Shown here in pieces: positions 60,011 to 64,000 of a DNA stretch of 64,000 bases. Origin of the DNA: Dudresnaya verticillata. Lineage: Eukaryota. Numbering within the stretch: the stretch's first letter is position 1; every line of letters begins with the position of its first letter. Where the stretch lies: NCBI GenBank assembly GCA_977862235.1, contig OZ374562.1:682001-746000 (forward strand). The letters run 5' to 3'. The notes under the pieces were generated by a model that was given only the letters and a program-made list of their open reading frames with translations, had not been told where the DNA came from and did no database searches. The position numbers and the translations under genes were made by a program.

Positions 60011-62410
60011 ATGCCCACCCGTCGACAGCCGTCATCGGCAAGGTCCGTACCAACGCAGACCGCTGCCAATATGGTGACGCGTGCGCGTGCGCAGGCAAGT
60101 CCTGCGGTCCAAGCCGCTTTTTCGGCAATACGCAATGAGGGGGTTCCTCGTATTCCCCCCTCGGTGGAGATCGTACCTCCTGCTCCAGCCGGGACTCTCC
60201 CGACTGGGCAAGACCAAGGCGGGCAGCCGGCACCTCCGCCGCCGCTGCCCAATCCTCCGCCGCCGATTTCGGCATCAGTTCCGCTGCCGGTGGAGCCACC
60301 CACAATCCAAGAGGAAGCACCTCGTGTTGCCTTCATACACGGGACAACTATTCCCCGAAGTGCAATTCAAGAGGTTTGCCTCATGGAAGACCAGGCTTTT
60401 GCCGCCCGGCTGTCGCGCCAAATAACGGACAGCCTGGCTCTGGTCAACCAACGGATCGACGAGGTTGGTGCTCGAATTGACCTCGTCCTGGAGAATCCTC
60501 CACAGAACAACCCGGACCTCGCCGCCGAGGTCCGCACGCTTCGAGGAGACGTTAACCGCCTCCTCGAAACCTACGGGGCTACTCCCGCAAGGGGGCCCCG
60601 TCCGAATCCCCCAAGCCTACCCGCGGAACTTCCGCTCGATGACCGCATTACGCGGGTTGCCGACCGCTTGGAGCGTCTAGAGGGCATATGCCTCAACGAG
60701 CGCGAACCGCCCCTGCCTCCCGATGGCCGAGGCGCGAGCAGAAGAAAAGTCGAATTCGACAGTCACGCTCGACATGGGGACACATACCCCAAGGACAGTT
60801 GCCCTTACGGGTGTACGGACCACCCTCATGATGACGACTACCGTCAAGACCACCGTGAATCACGACGCCAAAACCGTCATCGTACCTCAACGCGGAATAC
60901 CCGCAGTCGCCGTCACCATCGTCACGGCTACGGAAGTTCCTCCAGGTCGGCTTCCGACAATTCGGACTCAGACCGCTCCGACGGAGAAGTTTGGGGAAAT
61001 CCCCGTCGCGACAATGGGACACGACGCAAGGGGCCGCGGTATAAGCACCTCAAGGAGCTGAAACCAACGAACCCCTTGTACGACCAATTGCTGTCCTATA
61101 GGCACTACCGCCTACAGAATACGGAACAATCCCGTACGAGCCGACAGACCGGCAAGATCAAAGACCAGATCAAAAGGCTGGAGTTAACCATGCAGGATTG
61201 TTCCTTTAACGGGGAAGACCCCGTGTTGATTTTGGAGTTTCTCTCCCGGTTAGTCGACGAAGCCGACACTCTCGACATGTCGGAGGCACAGGCGTTCATC
61301 GCCTTGCCCTACTTCTTACGCGGAAATGCCGCTACTCAATTTCGCTCCGTTAAGGCCGCCCCGTCACGTTCTAATGGAGGAGTGTCCTCATGGCCCGAAG
61401 CTGTGCAGTATCTTCTGCGGACGTACGCGACACCGAGCGCGCTCCGTGAGGCAATCCTCGAGCTCCGTGCTCTCCGGCAGAACGTGGGCGATTCGGAAAC
61501 ACGCTTCGGGATGCGAGTCTCGAAAGCGTGTAACCGATGTGGCAATGTCCACAAAGCGTGGGAGAAGATGACGTACTTCATCGACGGCCTCGACCCCAGC
61601 ATCCGCTCGCTGGTCGCCCGGTATCGAGAGGAAACTCCTCGCCATGAATTGTCGTTTGAACGACTAGTGCATTATGCACAAGATGAAGGTGAAGCTCACC
61701 GTGGAAGAAGCCGCGCACCACGCGCCGGACAAGACCAATTCGCGGGCCGCACCGCAACTACAGGAGGACGTCGTCCAGGACGCGGAAATTCCGCTATGAT
61801 GGCCGAGTCGTCAATTGAGTTCCGAGACGGAAGTGGAGTTCCACGTAGGCAGGTGGGCGAGCAGGATGCCGAGGTGCACCTTTTGTACCCGGACGCGGCC
61901 CTGCTGTCGTCCGACCCACCTACCGACTCACAAGTAGAATCCTACGGAAGCGAAGATAATGCGCTTCTCATGCGCTCTCGTCAAGTCCCGGCCCCTCGCA
62001 TACCATACCAGGAGCATTCACCTGGTATGACATGCGCACGGCCGGGCTGGCAAGATAGGGGAAATCCCCAAAGGAACTTCGGTCCCAAGCAGACAATCAT
62101 CTGTCACATTTGCTACAAGCCTGGGCACGTTTCGCCAGAATGCTTCTTAGCATGGAAGGACTACCTGATGATTATCCTCAATTATGAGTCGCTAAGTGCG
62201 GTCGACCGCGAGCGTGTGCCGGTTACGTCTTACATGAAGGCGAAAGCACAGGCACAATACGATGAGGCAAGTCCTCAAGGCCGACCCCAGGGACCGCCCA
62301 ATGTGGTACCCCACACTAGCGAACGCCACCCTCAGGCGTTCGCGCCCGCTGGAAAGTCCCCTTCGAATGGGCGCGACGGACGAGCGGACATCCGCAATTC
62401 GGAAAACTAG
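60011..62410 (+). CDS. gag: Gypsy-2 gag with CCHC zinc knuckle
   Basis: Intact 799-aa ORF; FNGEDPVLILEFL, SWPEAVQYLLRTYAT; CHICYKPGHVSPEC. Confidence 0.92.
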   Translation: MPTRRQPSSARSVPTQTAANMVTRARAQASPAVQAAFSAIRNEGVPRIPPSVEIVPPAPAGTLPTGQDQGGQPAPPPPLPNPPPPISASVPLPVEPPTIQEEAPRVAFIHGTTIPRSAIQEVCLMEDQAFAARLSRQITDSLALVNQRIDEVGARIDLVLENPPQNNPDLAAEVRTLRGDVNRLLETYGATPARGPRPNPPSLPAELPLDDRITRVADRLERLEGICLNEREPPLPPDGRGASRRKVEFDSHARHGDTYPKDSCPYGCTDHPHDDDYRQDHRESRRQNRHRTSTRNTRSRRHHRHGYGSSSRSASDNSDSDRSDGEVWGNPRRDNGTRRKGPRYKHLKELKPTNPLYDQLLSYRHYRLQNTEQSRTSRQTGKIKDQIKRLELTMQDCSFNGEDPVLILEFLSRLVDEADTLDMSEAQAFIALPYFLRGNAATQFRSVKAAPSRSNGGVSSWPEAVQYLLRTYATPSALREAILELRALRQNVGDSETRFGMRVSKACNRCGNVHKAWEKMTYFIDGLDPSIRSLVARYREETPRHELSFERLVHYAQDEGEAHRGRSRAPRAGQDQFAGRTATTGGRRPGRGNSAMMAESSIEFRDGSGVPRRQVGEQDAEVHLLYPDAALLSSDPPTDSQVESYGSEDNALLMRSRQVPAPRIPYQEHSPGMTCARPGWQDRGNPQRNFGPKQTIICHICYKPGHVSPECFLAWKDYLMIILNYESLSAVDRERVPVTSYMKAKAQAQYDEASPQGRPQGPPNVVPHTSERHPQAFAPAGKSPSNGRDGRADIRNSEN

Positions 62411-64000
62411 TCGGGGTCACACCCCCTTTGACTGGGGAACTTCAATCGGAACCCTTTCCGATCGAAGCTCAAGGGTCACGACCCGACAAGCAGGAGGATA
62501 TAACTCCAAAGACTATACTGCAGAACCCTGCAAGGACTAGACGGACCTCGGCCTCGCCACCAGTGGCAGGATTACGCAGGCCCTGGCACCGGTACCGTCC
62601 ACCGCATGCACAAGGCGAATTGCTGATAGCGGCAAAGCGCAACTTTAAAGTATACACAGATACGGGTTTACACCCAAGCTACCTATCGCGTAAACTTACT
62701 GTGCTAGATACCGGTGCCGGCCCTAACTTTATCAGAAAATCTGAACTACCACCTCAAGCGGAGTCCCGCATTCGAGAAGGGGACATCCCCACCATCAGCG
62801 ACGCCAACAATCGGCCGTTGCAAACATCCGGCGTCATCGCCTTGGTCGTTCGGCTGGGCGACCGCATTGTCAAACTTGACTTTATTGTCTGCGAGAGACT
62901 CGCCGCCCCGGTCATCCTCGGGTGAGACTTCTGCGACCGTTTAGTAGAAGCCATCTACCCGAGGAGCCGTGAAGTCGAACTGGACAATGGGACTCGTGTG
63001 CCGATTACGCGGCGACCATTGAAGCGACCACCCACGGCTCCGCCACTACCTGATGATCAGGAGTATGAGCCACTGCGAGGTCACACCTCAACGAAAATAG
63101 GCGTAGCGGGACGAACCGTAATCCCAGCCCAAGCGCAAAAGTGGGTATCAGTAACCACCGAACGCGCGGGGCTGATTCGCCTTCAACCCTACGACAAGCC
63201 GTATCACCGGCAGGGAATCATCGCAACGAATGGAATAGCCCATGTTGAACCAAAGCGGCCATTCCGCATTCTAGTCGCGAACTTCACCTCGCACGACCAG
63301 GTACTCCCGAAGTACCAGGTCGTCGCTACCGCTCTCCCGCACCCCACCGCCGTGGTTCCCAGTCCCATCCGGCTGGCGGACGTGCTTGGGTTGGCTGACT
63401 TAGCGGACGATACCGCAACAAAACCCCAACGACTTGGAAGACTGTCGAATACGACAAACAAAGGTGACGCTCACGCGAAGACCCTTGAAGTTGAAAACGA
63501 ACCTCCACCTTCGGTGGACGACGTGGATTTATCCCACTTGACGGAGAATCACGCCGAGCGCGTGCGGGATTTACTTGGTAGGTTTTCTACAATGTGGGAT
63601 GGTTCACTAGGTGAGATCACCACTACGGAACACTACATCGATATGATTCCGGGTACGAGGCCGTTCTCGTGCCCACCCTATCGGGCGGGTCCGAAGCAAC
63701 GCCAAGTGGAACAAGCGGAAGTTGACCGCATGCTACGAGCTGGCGTTATAGAACCGGCACAATCTCCCTGGGCGTCTCCAGTTGTTTTGGTGCCTAAAAA
63801 GGACGGTACCTTACGATTCTGTGTCGACTACCGACGTTTAAATGCCGCAACCGTTCGGGATACCTACCCGTTACCTCGCATCGATGAATGCATCGATTCA
63901 CTCGGCGAAGCAAACGTTTTCACTACGCTCGATTGCAACTCGGGGTATTGGCAATCCCCATCAACGGTCGCGATCGTGACAAAACCACGTTTATATGCCA
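62401..64000 (+). pseudogene. pol: Gypsy-2 pol (protease, start of RT), in the -1 frame to gag; premature stop at 62923-62925
   Basis: LDTGAGPNFI; ILG*DF; SPWASPVVLVPKKDGTLRFCVDYRRLN; YPLPRIDECIDSLG; LDCNSGYWQ. Confidence 0.92.

Larger units (their letters stand above)
59153..64000 (+). mobile_element. Ty3/Gypsy LTR retrotransposon (Gypsy-2), 5' part; runs off the window
   Basis: LTR, PBS, gag, protease and start of RT. Confidence 0.93.

Overview
Eukaryotic, intron-poor, roughly 50-55% GC (by eye) and transposon-dense DNA; the composition and TE set suggest a red-algal or similar nuclear genome (inference only). Layout: (1) 1-14 kb holds host-like genes: a secreted Cys-rich protein, a protein with a zf-4CXXC_R1-like zinc finger, and a modular C2H2 protein with a Thr/Pro repeat expansion. 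(2) A complete 3,000-bp PIF/Harbinger transposon at 15164-18163, with 17-bp TIRs, TAA TSD, a Myb-like gene and a DDE transposase. (3) A full-length, decayed chromodomain Ty3/Gypsy element on the minus strand at 18649-30932, with a solo LTR nested in its 3' LTR and about 2.8 kb of extra antisense coding sequence. (4) A ~25-kb decayed multi-gene block at ~31-56 kb: Pif1-type helicase, SWIM+KDZ-type transposase, Ulp1/C48 protease, a possible ParB-like protein, C2H2+Plavaka-type transposase and several unknown ORFs. (5) A second Gypsy element from 59153 to the window end. The most unusual signals are two element-specific dispersed palindromes: GGGACA-N4-TGTCCC (about 28 copies, seen only at 31-55 kb, including inside ORFs) and CCGTWACGG (13 exact copies in Gypsy-1). 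There is also a dense palindrome field at 39-40.9 kb. All calls come from reading motifs by eye; no database searches were run.
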